From: Lytechinus pictus
Lineage: Eukaryota
Length of the DNA stretch: 64,000 nucleotides
Assembly: GCF_037042905.1 (NCBI RefSeq)
Contig: NC_087250.1
Location: 14,634,001-14,698,000 of the forward strand
Direction of reading: 5' to 3'
Of the stretch, positions 12,425 to 25,822 are shown in pieces. The first letter of the stretch is position 1; every line of letters begins with the position of its first letter. A program made the translations under genes and the position numbers. The notes under the pieces were generated by a model. That model ran no database searches and was not told the origin of the DNA. It saw only the letters and a program-made list of their open reading frames with translations.

Positions 12425-13433
12425 AACTGGGACTACAGGAAAATTTTTAGCTGGGACTACATGGAAATTTGTAGCTGGGACTACATGGAAATTTGTAGCT
12501 AGAACTACATGGAAATTTGTTGCTGGGACTACATGAAAATTTGTAGCTAGAACTACAGGAAAATTTTTAGCTGGGACTACATGGAAATTCGTAGCTGGGA
12601 CTACATGGAAATTTGTAGCTAGAACTACATGGAAATTTGTTGCTGGGACTACATGAAAATTTGTAGCTAGAACTACAGGAAAATTTTTAGCTGGGACTAC
12701 ATGGAAATTCGTAGCTGGGACTACATGGAAATTTGTAGCTGGGACTACATGGAAATTTGTAGCTAGAACTACATGGAAATTTGTTGCTGGGACTACATGA
12801 AAATTTGTAGCTAGAACTACAGGAAAATTTTTAGCTGGGACTACATGGAAATTCGTAGCTGGGACTACATGGAAATTTGTAGCTAGAACTACATGGAAAT
12901 TTGTTGCTGGGACTACATGAAAATTTGTAGCTAGAACTACACGAAAATTTGTCGCTAAAAGTACATTGAAATTCGTAACTGGGACTACATGAAAATTTGT
13001 AGCTATAACTACATGGAAATTTGTAGCTAGAACTACATGGAAATTTGTAGCTAGAACTACATGAAGATTTGTAGCTAGAACTACATGGAAATTTGTAGCT
13101 AGAACTACATGGAAATTTGTAGCTATAACTACATGGAAATTTGCCGCTTGAACTACATGGTAATTCGTAGCTGGGATTGCATGAAAATTTGTAGCTATGA
13201 CTACATGAAAATTTGTAGCTAGAACTACATGGAAATTTGTAGCTATAACTACATGGAAATTTGCCGCTTGAACTACATGGTAATTCGTAGCTGGGACTAC
13301 GTGAAAATTTGTAGCTATGACTACATGAAAATTTGTAGCTATGACTACATGGAAATTTGTAGCTATGACTACATGAAAATTTGTAGCTAGAACTACATGG
13401 AAATTTGTGGCTGGGACTACATGGAAATTTGCC
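12425..13433. repeat. 24-bp minisatellite, about 42 units
   Basis: Unit CTGGGACTACATGGAAATTTGTAG with variants and a 120-bp higher-order block. Confidence 0.97.
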
Positions 13434-14021
13434 AAATGCTTACATCAAAGATTTTGTCTCAATTATCTTTGTTTATCTAACTTTATATTGGAAGGTTTGA
13501 GCTACCATGATTCAGTAAGACTGATTAGGTGTTGGTGAAGATTTGTTTATATGCCATTTTGACAAGAGTTACGACAAACTTTTGTACATACCATAATTAT
13601 CCTTTTTCATATTAGAAGGATACACAAGAATAATATTTCATATATGTATACATCATATTGGTAATAATATCATTATGTGAGAAGTGAGATTTTTTATTAA
13701 TAGAGTCAATGGCGACAATAGTCAAATATGACTAATCGCCACTCAAACCAACATAAGAAGAAGAAGAAGTTGGTAGATAAATACAAATGATTTGCTTATC
13801 TATTTTTGTCCCCTAATCAATCGCGTCTGTCTAATTGCCCCTTTCTCATGCTCTCATTCAATGTCTCTATCTCTTTTTTTTATACCCCCCCCCCCTTTGT
13901 CTATCCCTAATTCTTCTTTCTCTTCCTTTCACTCTCTTCTCTCCTCCTCTCTCATTTTATATTCTGTCTCTCCTCTCTTTCCATCTCTCTCTCTCTCTCA
14001 CATTTATATTTTTCCTCACAG

Positions 14022-14102
14022 GGTACATTCCAACAGATGTGGATATCAAAGCAGGAATATGAAGAACAAGGGAAGTCGGTCGTCGACAAGAAATGCCCAT
14101 GA
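14022..14102 (+). CDS. ACTL6: ACTL6 terminal coding exon
   Basis: AG at 14020-14021. Encodes [26 protein letters not shown] followed by TGA; the C-terminal KCP is characteristic of ACTL6. Confidence 0.97.
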   Translation, partial: GTFQQMWISKQEYEEQGKSVVDKKCP

Positions 14103-14596
14103 GATTGACCAATCCCCAACGGCCCCATTAGGATGGACCTAAAATACTTGGGATACAATTTGGAATTTCATGACAGCGTTTTCATGAATTTCGTCATACA
14201 TGCCCACAAGTTGCACCAATTTGTGTCATCAATCCATCGTGTTAATGTTAAGAGATTGGTCAATAGCAGTGTACCCAATGCCGTGCATTAATTAGTGTCT
14301 TTCTTTCAAACTGATTTAAAACCACAATTAAGTACAACAGTTTTCCTGAATTTTTTTACTGGTTTTTCCTACCTTTATTCATCCGTGCTCGTGGAATTCA
14401 TAGTTCTAAGCCAAAAAAAATTTCGGCTTCATTTTTATAACAAATCACAGACACAGGTGACAAGTGGGACCTTGCAGCTTGGGTTATTTAAAGTCAAATT
14501 AGGGTTAGTTTTTGCCTTTAAATCAGACAATCCGTAGCTTGACTATGTATTAACATTTATTTCCACAATAAGATCAACAAATAAACTTATGATAAA

Positions 14597-15083
14597 TTAC
14601 AATGGAAGTTCACCCTGAAGAAATAGCAGAAAAAATGATGTTGTTGAAGGTTTGAGGAAAATCTATTAAAGATTAAGAAAGTTATCACATTTTTAAGCTT
14701 TGGATTTACATGTATGACGTCATAAACAAGCAGATGCCCTTATGTTATTTTATATTAAATGCATGAATTGTAATTTTCTAATGGTTCATGATGACTTAGT
14801 CTTTATTTTCTTTTAGGAACGGGTGTGAAATGATTTGTGAATTGATGATACTGAAAGTACAATAAAAAACATTTTAGTTTTTTTAGAATAATGACTTTTC
14901 ATTGATTTTTTACCATATGATATGTAGGAAAGCTGCTTGCATATGATGTCACAAATCAAATAATCAAAATTCTAATAACTTTTTTATTCTTTGATGGATT
15001 TTTCTTAAACCTTCAGCAATAATTTCATTATTTTGTCTGCTGTGTTTACAATAAACATTTGTCATGGTGAACTTCCACTTTAA
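14597..15083. mobile_element. Degenerate Kolobok-type MITE; family also at 36371-36470 and 37640-38452
   Basis: GGAAGTTCACCCTGA ... TCATGGTGAACTTCCACTTTAA. Confidence 0.7.
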
Positions 15084-15093
15084 TGGTCAAATT

Positions 15094-15379
15094 GAGCGTT
15101 GTGGCTCAGTGGATTAGTCTCCAGACTTTGAAACAGGGGGTCGTGGGTTCAAATCCCAGCCATGGCGTAATTTCCTTCAGCAAGAAATGTATCCACATTG
15201 TGCTGCACCCTACCCAGGTGAGGTGAATGGGTATCCGGCAGGATTAATTCCTTGAATGCATGAGCGCTGAAAGGCAGCTCAAGCTAAAGCCGGGGTAATA
15301 ATGAAAATAAACAATGCGCCTCAGAGTACATTATTTCTAGATAGATGGCGCTATATAAATGCCTATTATTATTATTATT
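15094..15379 (+). mobile_element. tRNA-derived SINE
   Basis: A box TGGCTCAGTGG, B box GGTTCAAATCC, central ACCCAGGTGAGGTGAATGGGTA and an (ATT)n tail. A close copy lies at 36492-36778. Confidence 0.9.
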
Positions 15380-16020
15380 GTTAAGTTTTTGTCATTGGGA
15401 ACTTCCCCTTTAATGGTTAAATCCTTGGTATTTTATGCCCATCCTTCTGGGTAATAAATGTCAATCATGTGCGTTGTGTAGATATGTATATACATTTTTG
15501 TACTGTAGAAAAAAAAATCATCAATGACTAATTTATTCACTTTACATACACACCGATATACAGAATGGATGACTGGGTAGTAGACTATCACTGTATATTC
15601 TGTGCTTAAAATTTCTTTAAAAAGGAATCAATGTCCTTGGAGCTTGATAACAAGAATCTAATGCCATATGATCAAATGTATTCATATTGTCATGGTGCAT
15701 ATACATTTATATGTATGGCAGATACAAAAACTTCATTCATTGGTTCATTGTGAGCTACATCGCACAATCTATTTTAGACAGTATCTGTCATGTATCAGTG
15801 GCCAGAATTCATGTTCATATAAAATCATTTCCAATTGGAAATCATCATCGGGTGGTATTTCGGTAATTAAACCGAGGGTATAGCCTAGTCTAGAATTTTA
15901 AACCACACTTATATGGAATGCTGGTCTTCATTTTTCCTCCATGTCCGTGGGAATTATATTGTATCAATTAATTCACCCAAATTCATTTTATTTTTGTATT
16001 TGTTATTCTTCCTATTCCTG

Positions 16021-16177
16021 GTGAGCGTTTTATGAAAGGACTTGTCGGACGTTTTATCCAACAGATCCTGTTTTAACCAACAGTTTACCATGGAAACTGT
16101 GCTCCTCAGCCGATCAAAATCAAGGAAAGTTGTCTGATACGACAACTCGTCTGACAAAAATGTTGATGAAACGCTCC
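16021..16177. mobile_element. MITE (GGGAGCGTTTCAT family); copies at 25176-25329, 25420-26040 (interrupted) and 59771-59910
   Basis: TIR GAGCGTTTYATGAA ... TGAAACGCTCC with C(A/T)G-like flanks. Confidence 0.75.
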
Positions 16178-16418
16178 CCGGGTCTCAATTCATTAGTTGA
16201 TTAGGTGAATGAGTTGACAACTGGCATTCCTTAAAAATGTAGTTTCTAAGTGAACCCAGGGGGTTGTCTTAAGCCCTCATCACACTTGGGGGGGTTAAGT
16301 GAAAAATATCCATGAACTCTGTGTACAACTCTACAACTCGGTTGTAGTAATGTGAAAATATGTTTCTATTATTGTCATGTTTGTTTCTGTTTTTCTTTGT
16401 TGATGTAGATGTTATTGA

Positions 16419-16424
16419 AATAAA
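16419..16424 (+). terminator. Candidate polyadenylation signal for ACTL6
   Basis: AATAAA after a GT-rich stretch. Several other AATAAA occur upstream, so the assignment is weak. Confidence 0.25.
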
Positions 16425-16498
16425 TGTCATACAGTGTAATTATTTACTATATTCCTTGGGGCGAGATATTGTTCATTTAGTGGAGGTTTTATGATGGG

Positions 16499-16541
16499 AT
16501 GATGATGATAGTGATAGTGATGGTGATGGTGATGATGATGG

Positions 16542-16582
<41 letters not shown>

Positions 16583-16594
16583 GTAATGATGGTA

Positions 16595-16626
<32 letters not shown>

Positions 16627-16727
16627 GATGATGATGATGATGGTGATGATGGTGATGATGGTGATGGTGATGATGATGATGGTAATGATCATGGTGGTGG
16701 TGGTGGTGGTGGTGGTGATGATGATGG

Positions 16728-16762
<35 letters not shown>

Positions 16763-16900
16763 GTAATGATGATGGTGATGGTGATGATGATGATGATGAT
16801 GGTAATGATCATGGTGGTGGTGGTGATGACCATGCATGATGATGATAACGATGGTGATGGTTGCGATTGTCATGATGATGATGACAATGATGGTCTAATG
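16499..16900. repeat. (GAT)n/(GGT)n microsatellite
   Basis: Directly visible. Confidence 0.95.
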
Positions 16901-17073
16901 CACGGCAGTGATGTTGACAGGTAGTTAATGACGGTGTTGATAGTGGTATCAAAAACAAGAATTTATCAATTCAAGCCTTAATTTCACTCTCGGACCAAAT
17001 ATAATAAGAATTCGCATCTCAAGTTGGTCATCCCATTCATAACCTTCCCCATTATCTTCAAAAGGATAAATTT

Positions 17074-20000
17074 CACAGTGAGCCACTGCAGTTTTTTCGC
17101 CCTTTTTTCGCCGTTTTGTGTGTTATAACCTATGGGAAATTCAAAGTTGCAGTTTTTTCGCCGTTTTGAAAACGGCTAGAAAAGGGCGAAGAAAGGGAGA
17201 ATTTTTGGAGAAAAAACGGCCAAAAAACGGCTACATTAGGTTTCCTATGTAAACATTGAATTATTATGGAGTGCCATCATTGTTCAATATAAGCGGAGCT
17301 ATTTATTTCCCAATAAAAATGGCGAGAAAACGGCGAATGTTAAGGACAAGGATCCTGTTAGAGGAGTGAAGATACTGATAGAAAACGGCTAATAAACGGA
17401 GAGAAAAGGGCTAGAAAACGGAGACAAAAGGGCGAATGGGTAGTAAGGTGTGTGTTGCATAAAAGGGAGAGAAAAGGGCGAGAAAACGGAGACAAAAGGG
17501 CGAATGGGTAGTAAGGTGTGTGTTGCATAAAATGGAGAGAAAAGGGCGAGAAAACGGAGACAAAAGGGCGAATGGGTATAAGGCGTGCAGTGCATAAACG
17601 GAGAGAAAATTGTGAATGGGTCCCAAGGAGTGCATTGCATGAAAGTGAGAGAATGTGGCGGGACAACGGAGAGAAAAGGGCAGATGAGTTGTAAGAGGTG
17701 AGAGCATGAAACAGAAAAAAAAAAGAAAAGGGCGAATGGGTAGTACGAAGTGCATTGCATAAAATGGCAAAAAGAAATGTGAAAATGTGTGATATGCATT
17801 AAGAAAAAGTGACTATAAAACGTAAAATATATATTTGCAATTTTTATGCCAACTTAAGATTTTCTGAAGAACTCCTTTTGGAAATAAGCTCGTTTTCATG
17901 GGTAATATTTAATAATAATTCTCATTTCATTCATGTAAACAATTTTTTATTTTACTTTCGGGGGGGGGGGGGGGGTTACGCCTTCTTTCATAAATCTTAT
18001 TTACATATTGTATAGGCCTACTACATTAATTTTTTTATTTCAACATTTTTATATTTCATGTGGAATTTGATAAAATGTCAATCAAATGAAAATAAAATTT
18101 AATTGAATTGGATTGAAACTTCTTTGAATACTTTATTCTTTACTCTTATTTTCCCTTCTTCATGGGCGGGAACCCGAGGGGAACGCATGATACGCATCCC
18201 TCACTTTTTGGAAAGGGGGGCATAATATCTTCCCCCTCTACTATTTGTGGTCTTTTATGATGGAGAACAATAAATCATTCAAAGTCGAATGTAGTTAAAG
18301 AGCTTAAATTTGCCCTATTTACTAAAAAAAATGCAAAATTTCTCACGCCGAATATTGGCACGCAGGTTGTCAGGGAAGTAATCTACAAAATTGCATCGTA
18401 ATTTGTTTCATGCAAATCGCTATTAAGTAATTATGCTAATTCATGCGTAATTAGTATGCAAAATCATACTTTTTCCTCTAACTCCCTTTATAAAGTTTAG
18501 AATGTTCTATTTTTTTTTGGTATAAGAACTCTTTGTCTACATGAACAAAATTGTGATATCAGATCAATTTATTTTGTCTTATTGTTTTTTGCAATTCCGT
18601 ATGTATTTCTTTTGTTTTTTACATTTTGTTTTTCATTATTTTTTCGATTAAATTTGTTTGGGACTCTTCTGACAGAGCTGCCAACCGTTACGTTCTTGCC
18701 GTATTTGTTACGTTTTTTCACCCACGACGTTACTTTTTTTCTTTGTAAAATACGTTTTCTTAAAATTTCGATCGTGTAATATGCAGGCCGTCGATGCCCC
18801 TATAACTGGCCGTGATGCCTTTACAAAAAGTGATCAAGTTTTTTCTACCTGGCCGACGTGCCCTTTTTCAAAACTGGTCATGCCCTAGCTTCAGTGTAAG
18901 ATTAAAGTTTACAAAGTTCTCCCATATTTCACAAGCAAAAATACAGAAGAGAGAGAAAAAAAAAACAAAGTTAAAAAATAACTCAGATCAATTAAAACTG
19001 CAAGCCATTTTCCGTGATTTTCTGGGATCTACACACAGACACACACACACGCAAAGTTAGCATACAGTGTACATGTACCAGCTGCCGCACGTGGCTTGGC
19101 CTGCCTGCCTGTGTGGTGTGTGGCAGGCTTGCATGATCGGAGGAGATTTGCAAACTCTGAATCAAAGTGAACAATCTCACATGATTAACAGTTTTTTCCC
19201 ACAAAATCGGCAGGACATTTTCATAATGACATATATATGGATCCTCAGATTAATGATTTGGTGATGGAGTCGTAGGAGCAAGTTATCGAGTTTTCATTAC
19301 TAGATCGATCTAGTTGTTTCAGCTTTTGTTTTGAGTGAAAATGAGTCTTCTCGTGTTCGCACCGATAACAAGAAGAAAATACAATGGGGATAAAGATGGT
19401 GTGATGCCGCGATGTTCATTTGATTAAAGTTTGACAATGTTTCACCTTCAAATTTTATTTGTTTCTAAAAAAATTTAGTTTTCTAACAATTTTTAAATAT
19501 ATTATAAAAAAGACAAATATCAGTAAGATTTTTTGGTTAGATGATTACATTTGTTTTGTTTGCTTGAAGCTTAAATTTTTGTTTTCTCTTTAATTCTTTC
19601 TTCATTTCTTTCTTTATTGCTTTCTTTCGTTCATTTTCTTTCTTTTCTATCTTTTTTCTTCATCCTTTCTTCTATCCTTCCTGCTTGCTTTTTTTTGTTC
19701 TATCTTATTTCAAATCTTTCCTAGTTTTCTTTCCTGATCCTTTCTCTCTGTTCATTTTATTTTCTTACCTTCCTTCCTTACTTTCCTTTTATTTCCTTTC
19801 TTCTTTCTTTCCTTATTTTTGGGGGTTCCCTTCCTCTCCTCTTCTCTTTTCATTCTTTCTGCCATTCCATATTTCTTCCTTTCTTTCATTCTTTTCTTGC
19901 TTTCACTCTCGCATGATAATGCGAAAGGCACTTTTCATGTTCCTGATGCTGCAGTCACATTTCCACTACCACGGCTATGGCGAGTCGAAAACAGCCATTT

Positions 20001-22401
20001 TATTAATGTGTAGATGGTACAAAAAAGTCTTAACGGATGTTGTTGACCCGCCGTAGGGGAAATGTGACTGGGCCATTGGTCATGTAAGTAGTATCCAACA
20101 AACCACTTTGATATACTTTAATTTTTGGGGAGGCATACATCAGCCTCCATGATGTCATGAGCTGGTTCGATCTCGTTGATATATTGGTCAAAACTGTGTT
20201 TTATAGTGTTAAAGACCCCAATGCACTTGAGCTACTTTGTTTTATAGGAAAGCTAACTTTTAAAATGTATAACAGAAGCTTTGGAGTGAATGCCCTAGCT
20301 GTTGCGACTTCAATGGGGTCAATTAATTACACCGTCTCGCACGTTTTGTGAACAATGGAAGGTGTGAATGAAGGTGTGAAGATTGCAGTGAACACCTAAC
20401 AATAGGAAGAATATGTTTCAATTTAAGTTACGCAATGATCACTTGTGATCTCTCGTTGTGTTTCTTCAACCCGGATGAATCCCCAAACCACATTGTCCAA
20501 TCACGGACCTACTACAATAGTCAGCGTTTGTGAAAACGGAATGATAATCGAGGATGATAGTGTATTTTTTATGTAATTAAATAATGATAGTGGTGATAAT
20601 GAAGGGGGATAAAGAGGAAGAAGAGGACGAGAATGATGGTGGTGGTAATGATTTTGATGGCGGTGATGATGATGACAATAACATAATTATTTTTTTTCTT
20701 GATAAACATATTTTGTGTGTAAATTTATAAAAAAGGATGAAATTTTCTTAAGAATTATGATATAAAAAGGACACATTCTTTTTTCCAGACCCGGTTTTGG
20801 AAAAGACTTATATTATAATTTCTGAAACAACTGGGTCTGGAAAAAAGACTTTGGACTTATATTGTACTTTTTGAAACAACCGGGTCTGGAAAAAGACTTT
20901 GCACTTTTGTGCTTTATCAACATATTACTATAGATTTTAGTTTAGAACGGATTCGCCTAAAATCCCTTCAAATTTATTATATTTGTGGGTAAAGTGCATT
21001 ATTACATTTCTGGGTTTAATTGGGTAAAGTGTTATTACATTTTTGGGCGATCAAAAATTATTACATTTGTGGGTAAAGTGTTATTACATTTTTGGGCGTT
21101 ATTACATTTGTGGGTAAACTGTTATTACATTTGTGAGCGATTATCACATTTGTGGGTGTAACAGGCCCCCCCATATGTGCATTTCTACCAATAGCCTATA
21201 TCAATATTATGTTGTTGTTATTATTTGATGAATAATTTTCATAGAAACAACTGGCTCAGAAAACTATTAAACACAGCCTTTCGTGAAAAGCTCCCCTGGT
21301 TGTCCCGAGAAGGTGTGTTTATTTGACTCTCTTCCCTCATCCCACCCTTTCGAGAAAAGCTATCCTGGTTTTCTCGAAAGGGTGCGGCCATTCCCACTTC
21401 GCAAACGCAAACGATCGTAACAAGCCCAAGATAAAGAAAATAATACAGTACAGTATAATTGAATACATTTAGCACATTGCAGCATCTTTCCAAAAGAAAA
21501 ATGATGAAAAAAAATCATATTTATGAAGTATCAATTTTTTAAACATAACAAAATACGGTGAAAATGAATTAATTATAGATTTTTGTTAATTCTCTTATGA
21601 CAGCAGAAAACACGTGTTTGATATACGAACCACAAGTGACAAAAGATTTTACACTCGAAGAGGGGCAAAATCGGAAGCTGAGAATTCTATTTTCAGATAG
21701 AGGCCGATTGATTTCAGCCATTTTAAAATTCTTATTTTTAGTAGGTATTTGTGATTACTTTATGGTGGAATTTTGATGAATTTTAAGAAAAAGTTAGATA
21801 TGATTGAAAGAAATGAAGATTGTTCGGTATTATACACTTCCTTACATTACATGAATGTTATTCCAAGTTGTCTCAAGTACATGCACTCACCCGCTTATGT
21901 GGTACAACATTATTTGCTGATTTGTACTTGTTTAGTCCTATTTATTACTAGTTTTATTACTTTTTTGTGCCTTTCGTCATTTATTAGCAGTTTTGAAGGC
22001 TTTTTTACCGATGGGGGTATTCACCCTTATATTAGCCGTTTTGTAGCCGTTTTCCACAAGGGAGGTATTCGCCCTTTATTAGCCGTTTTGTAGCCGTTTT
22101 CCACAAGGAAGGTATTCGCCATTTATTAGCCGTTTTGTAGCCGTTTCCCACAATGGAGGTATTCGCCCTTTATTAGCCGTTTTGTAGCCGTTTTCTCGAA
22201 GGGAGGTATTCATTATTTTATTCTGATGAAAATCATTGTTGCATACAGTTAGCTTTCCATAGTCGGTACACTTTTTTATCGCCGTTTTTTAGCCGTTTTC
22301 TAGCCCTTTTCTAGCCGTTTCCTATTGGGAAAAAGGGAGAAAAAACGGAGAAAAAACGGCGAAAAAACGGCGAATCACCCAAACCAGTCTGGCTCACTGT
22401 G
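17074..22401. mobile_element. 5.3-kb non-autonomous CAC-terminated DNA transposon (CMC/EnSpm-Chapaev-like) with nested insertions
   Basis: TTT|CACAGTGAGCCA ... TGGCTCACTGTG|TTT. Arrays of TTTTCGCCGTTTT/AAAACGGC subterminal repeats at both ends, and tandem units at 17400-17600 (~66 bp) and 22010-22210 (~46 bp). No intact ORF. Confidence 0.85.
20985..21163. repeat. Array of ATTACATTTGTGGG units
   Basis: About 8 copies of TTATTACATTT(G/T)TGGG, probably one arm of a foldback-type element. Confidence 0.8.
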
Positions 22402-23086
22402 TTTCCAACTCTTTTGTAAGGAATATTTAGTGAGCTTTTTTCGTATCTTTTTTTTAATAGGAGAGCATCAGAACGTTGGTTATCTACTGATTTGAATTCG
22501 TAATACGTCCGACAATTTTGATATAATGGAATAAAGCGGGTTGTGAATGACTATCCCCCCCCCCAGGGGCGGATCCAGGATTTTCCAAAGGGGGGGGGCA
22601 TTTTTTGTACAGAAAAAAAATTAAAAGCCAAAAATAAAGGTGTTTATTCCAATTAATGGTGATGTATGTCAGGAAAGATTTGACAAGCACTTTTATGTAC
22701 TTGCATATGCACTACTTTTCCACTAGCAAATATTTGTTATGATTCTCAAAAGGGGGTACTTTTGATGTGCCCCTATATACCAAAAACGCCACTCCCCCCG
22801 AAGGAAAATTCGAGTTCTGCCTAAGCAGCGTGACTCTCAATTATCTGAATTTCGCTTAATTTCTATCGGGAGAAAGCTATCTCCATGGTACACACTAATT
22901 ATTACATACTTGGCATGCCGACGTCAGCTGGGTTCAAGGACCTCCCTTGAAAAGAACAAAGCAAAACAAACAACGAAAGTGAGAATGAATTACGGAACCC
23001 CTAAGGTGGCATGAATTTTTTTTCTAACTCGTTCCCTCGACTAAAATCATTCCCATGAATTATATCTATAAGTAGAAGGAACGAGT

Positions 23087-23722
23087 CAGGGGCGGATCCA
23101 GCTTTCGCCAATAGGGGGGGCCGAAAAATATTTTCATCAACATTTTTCTCGATTGGCCGCTATTATCTGATTTTTTTTGTTGGTTTTTAAGGGGGTAGTC
23201 CTAACTAAAGAATGAAGTTTTAGTTTTTATTGTTATAAACAAGATAAGGTATTTCGTGGTCTTAATATAATACGCGAGCGCGAGCTCAAATACTTTGATA
23301 TTTTATGTCCTTAGACCTGAAGATTCTGAGCAGTTTTTATAATCATGAAGAAAGATAAGTATCCAACTAAACAATGCGAGCGCGAAGCGCGAGTCGAAAT
23401 TTTAATATAGTAACGTGAAAGGTGACTCAATTATGATTTTTTTTAGTGATTAATGAAGAGGATACAACTATCACCAATTAAATAATTTTATAATTTTATA
23501 TATATTATATTTTCCTATTCTTCCCCTCACCTTTTTCTTGTTTCCTTTCGGGTCGGGCCGGCTGTATGAGGCCTTGTAAATTACACATCATGGGTATAAT
23601 ACCTCTTTCTTACTTTTCTTTCTGTCTTTCATCGTTTCTATCAAGTTACAGAGTACACTTTTTTCTGCAGGTTGCCAAAAACTAGGGGGGGCCGGCTCGG
23701 CCCCCTCCTGGATCCGCGCCTG
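23087..23722. mobile_element. CAG-terminated (hAT-like) non-autonomous element
   Basis: CGAGT|CAGGGGCGGATCCAG ... CTGGATCCGCGCCTG|CGAGT, an apparent 5-bp TSD. Confidence 0.7.
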
Positions 23723-23737
23723 CGAGTTATATATTAA

Positions 23738-24332
23738 AGGGGTAAGGTAAACTGGAAATAATATGATCTGAACAGATAAAGAAAAATCAGACAAACAAAA
23801 CACTGAAAATTTGATCAAAATCAGACAAGGAATATCAAATTTGAGACATTTCAAAGATTTGCATTATTTCGGCGAGACTGTTCGATGCATTACTCATCAA
23901 ACTGCAATGATCAAACTGGTGATATACACCCACTTGTTTTTTGTATTTTATTACATTATATTGATTCAAATTTTGCCCTCCAAGAACAAAAAAGGATTGA
24001 TAACTGATTTAATGCATGAGACATTCATTGCTTTAACTAATTTTATCATGATAGGGTAGACATAGCAAACACGCATGAATAGAAATATGAAATAATTATG
24101 ATTTCATGTAATAACAAAACAAAAGGAAAGTGGGACGTAAAATCATCATCCAACCTAATTAATATCCATAACGACGTCTACATAGCCGTTTTCACAAGAT
24201 ATTGTTATTTCAAAAATTCAATAACTTTGTTTTCAGATTTTCATGAAATTTTCAGCATTTTGCTCGGTGGATTTTATCTATTTATTTATATTTGTAATTA
24301 TTTTCAGCCCTGGGTACCCCCGGGGTACCCAT
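23738..24332. mobile_element. Kolobok-type MITE related to 33863-34477
   Basis: TTAA|AGGGGTA ... TACCCAT|TTAA, with the shared CTGAAAATTTGATCAAAATC core. Confidence 0.75.
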
Positions 24333-25524
24333 TTAAGTCAAGGGAACAAGATACATCACGATCCTGAGATAGGAAAATGTCATGTTACCTTAATGACTCT
24401 TTACACCCAGTCTGTAAGACATGTAAGAAATTAATTTATGGATGACAAATTCGTGGGTACATTGTTTTACATTTTTAAGACCCTTACAGAGAGTATTCCT
24501 ATATACTAAGACCTTTGCTCTCTCTAAAAAATTTCTCTGCATTTGGCAATTCCCTAAAAATAATATGTTGATACTATTGATATGTAAATATAATCAGAAT
24601 GGGACCCGGCCATGGGATCGACCTTCCTAAAATTCATACATGTATATTTTTGTCTTTCATTTCTGGTTCATATTTAAATAGATATGATGCTCTTGGATTA
24701 TGGACCCCCTCATTTCCATTTATGCTCAATATTATTCTGTTTTTTGTTTTACGAAGTAAGAATGCTCGTCTGTAAAATTGTATTTGATTTGTATTACTTT
24801 ATATTACTTTGTATTATGGTTTGAATGGAAATGGAATAAAGAATTGAATTGAATTGAATTATCATGGTTTGAGCCAATGGTGTCGATCTACAGAAAGTTC
24901 TATTCAGCGGGGGGGGGGGGGATATTACGTAATATTAATAACATAAAGTGCCACCCCACCCCTCCCAAATGAATAGAATGTGCAAGCGAATCGACACCCA
25001 TGGCTTGAGCCGATCATGAAGTAAAGGAAGAATGGAGGGAAATGGTCGGAAGTACAATAATGTTGCTTTTCTTTAATATGGAATAACCAAACTGCCTTTC
25101 AAGTACGGACTCCCAAAAATCTTCCGAAAACTTTTAAAGGAGTACGCCCTCTATAGGTCATAGTAAAAAAAACAGGGGAGCGTTTCATCAAGCTTTGTCC
25201 GACAAGTTGTCAGACCTGACATCTTTCTTTAAATTTGATTGGCTGAGAGGCACTGTTTCTATGGTAACAGTCGGATGAAATAGGACTTGTCCGATAAAAC
25301 GTCTGACAAGTCCTTTCATGAAATGCTCCAGAGGCAGCCATTCATTTTTTTTGCCAGTTGCCAAAGTAGAAGAACTTGTCATCCAATCAAAATTAAGGAG
25401 AGACTTCAGATCTGATCTTGGGAGCGTTTCATCAACATTTGTTGTTTCACAGCAGGTCCGAAATCAAAGCAAGAAATTAGGGGAAGAAAACAGTTTTTCG
25501 GGGACGAAATATCCAATAAAATAT

Positions 25525-25822
25525 TTATATTGATATGGACCATTTATAGTGCATCTATACTAGATCCATATACCCTATACTGCGCTTTACAATATTGGTA
25601 TCATAATTATTTCTTACCCCGGCTGTAGCCGAGCGGCCATACAGGCGCTCAAGCAATCGAGGAATTTCTTCCTTTGGGGTACCCATTCACCTCACCTGGG
25701 TTGAGTGCAGCACAATGAGGGCAAATTTCTTGCTGAAGGAAAACACGCCATGGCTGGGAATCGAACCCACGTCCATCAGATTGAAAGACGAGAGTCGTAA
25801 CTACTATAGACCACGATGCCCC
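25525..25822 (-). mobile_element. tRNA-derived SINE
   Basis: Reverse strand has B box GGTTCGATTCC and the same central domain as the SINE at 15094. Confidence 0.85.

Noticed and set aside
12395..13435. 346-aa ATNFHVVP-repeat ORF, and CRISPR-like appearance of the array
   Set aside because: A contiguous 24-bp minisatellite with no unique spacers and no cas genes, in a eukaryotic intron.
15094..15170. tRNA genes (also near 25800, 36750, 37914 and 54940)
   Set aside because: A/B boxes are fused to SINE bodies and tails, and no complete cloverleaf is evident.
16427..16924. Poly-His/Ile/Met ORFs (also 42077-42514 and 48710-49875)
   Set aside because: Trinucleotide microsatellites.
17074..17110. 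True V(D)J recombination signal / RAG transposon
   Set aside because: Heptamer only, with no nonamer at 12 or 23 bp, no 5-bp TSD and no RAG-like ORF.
20120..20520. Possible transposase remnant inside the CACAGTG element
   Set aside because: The frames I translated contain stops and no convincing motif.
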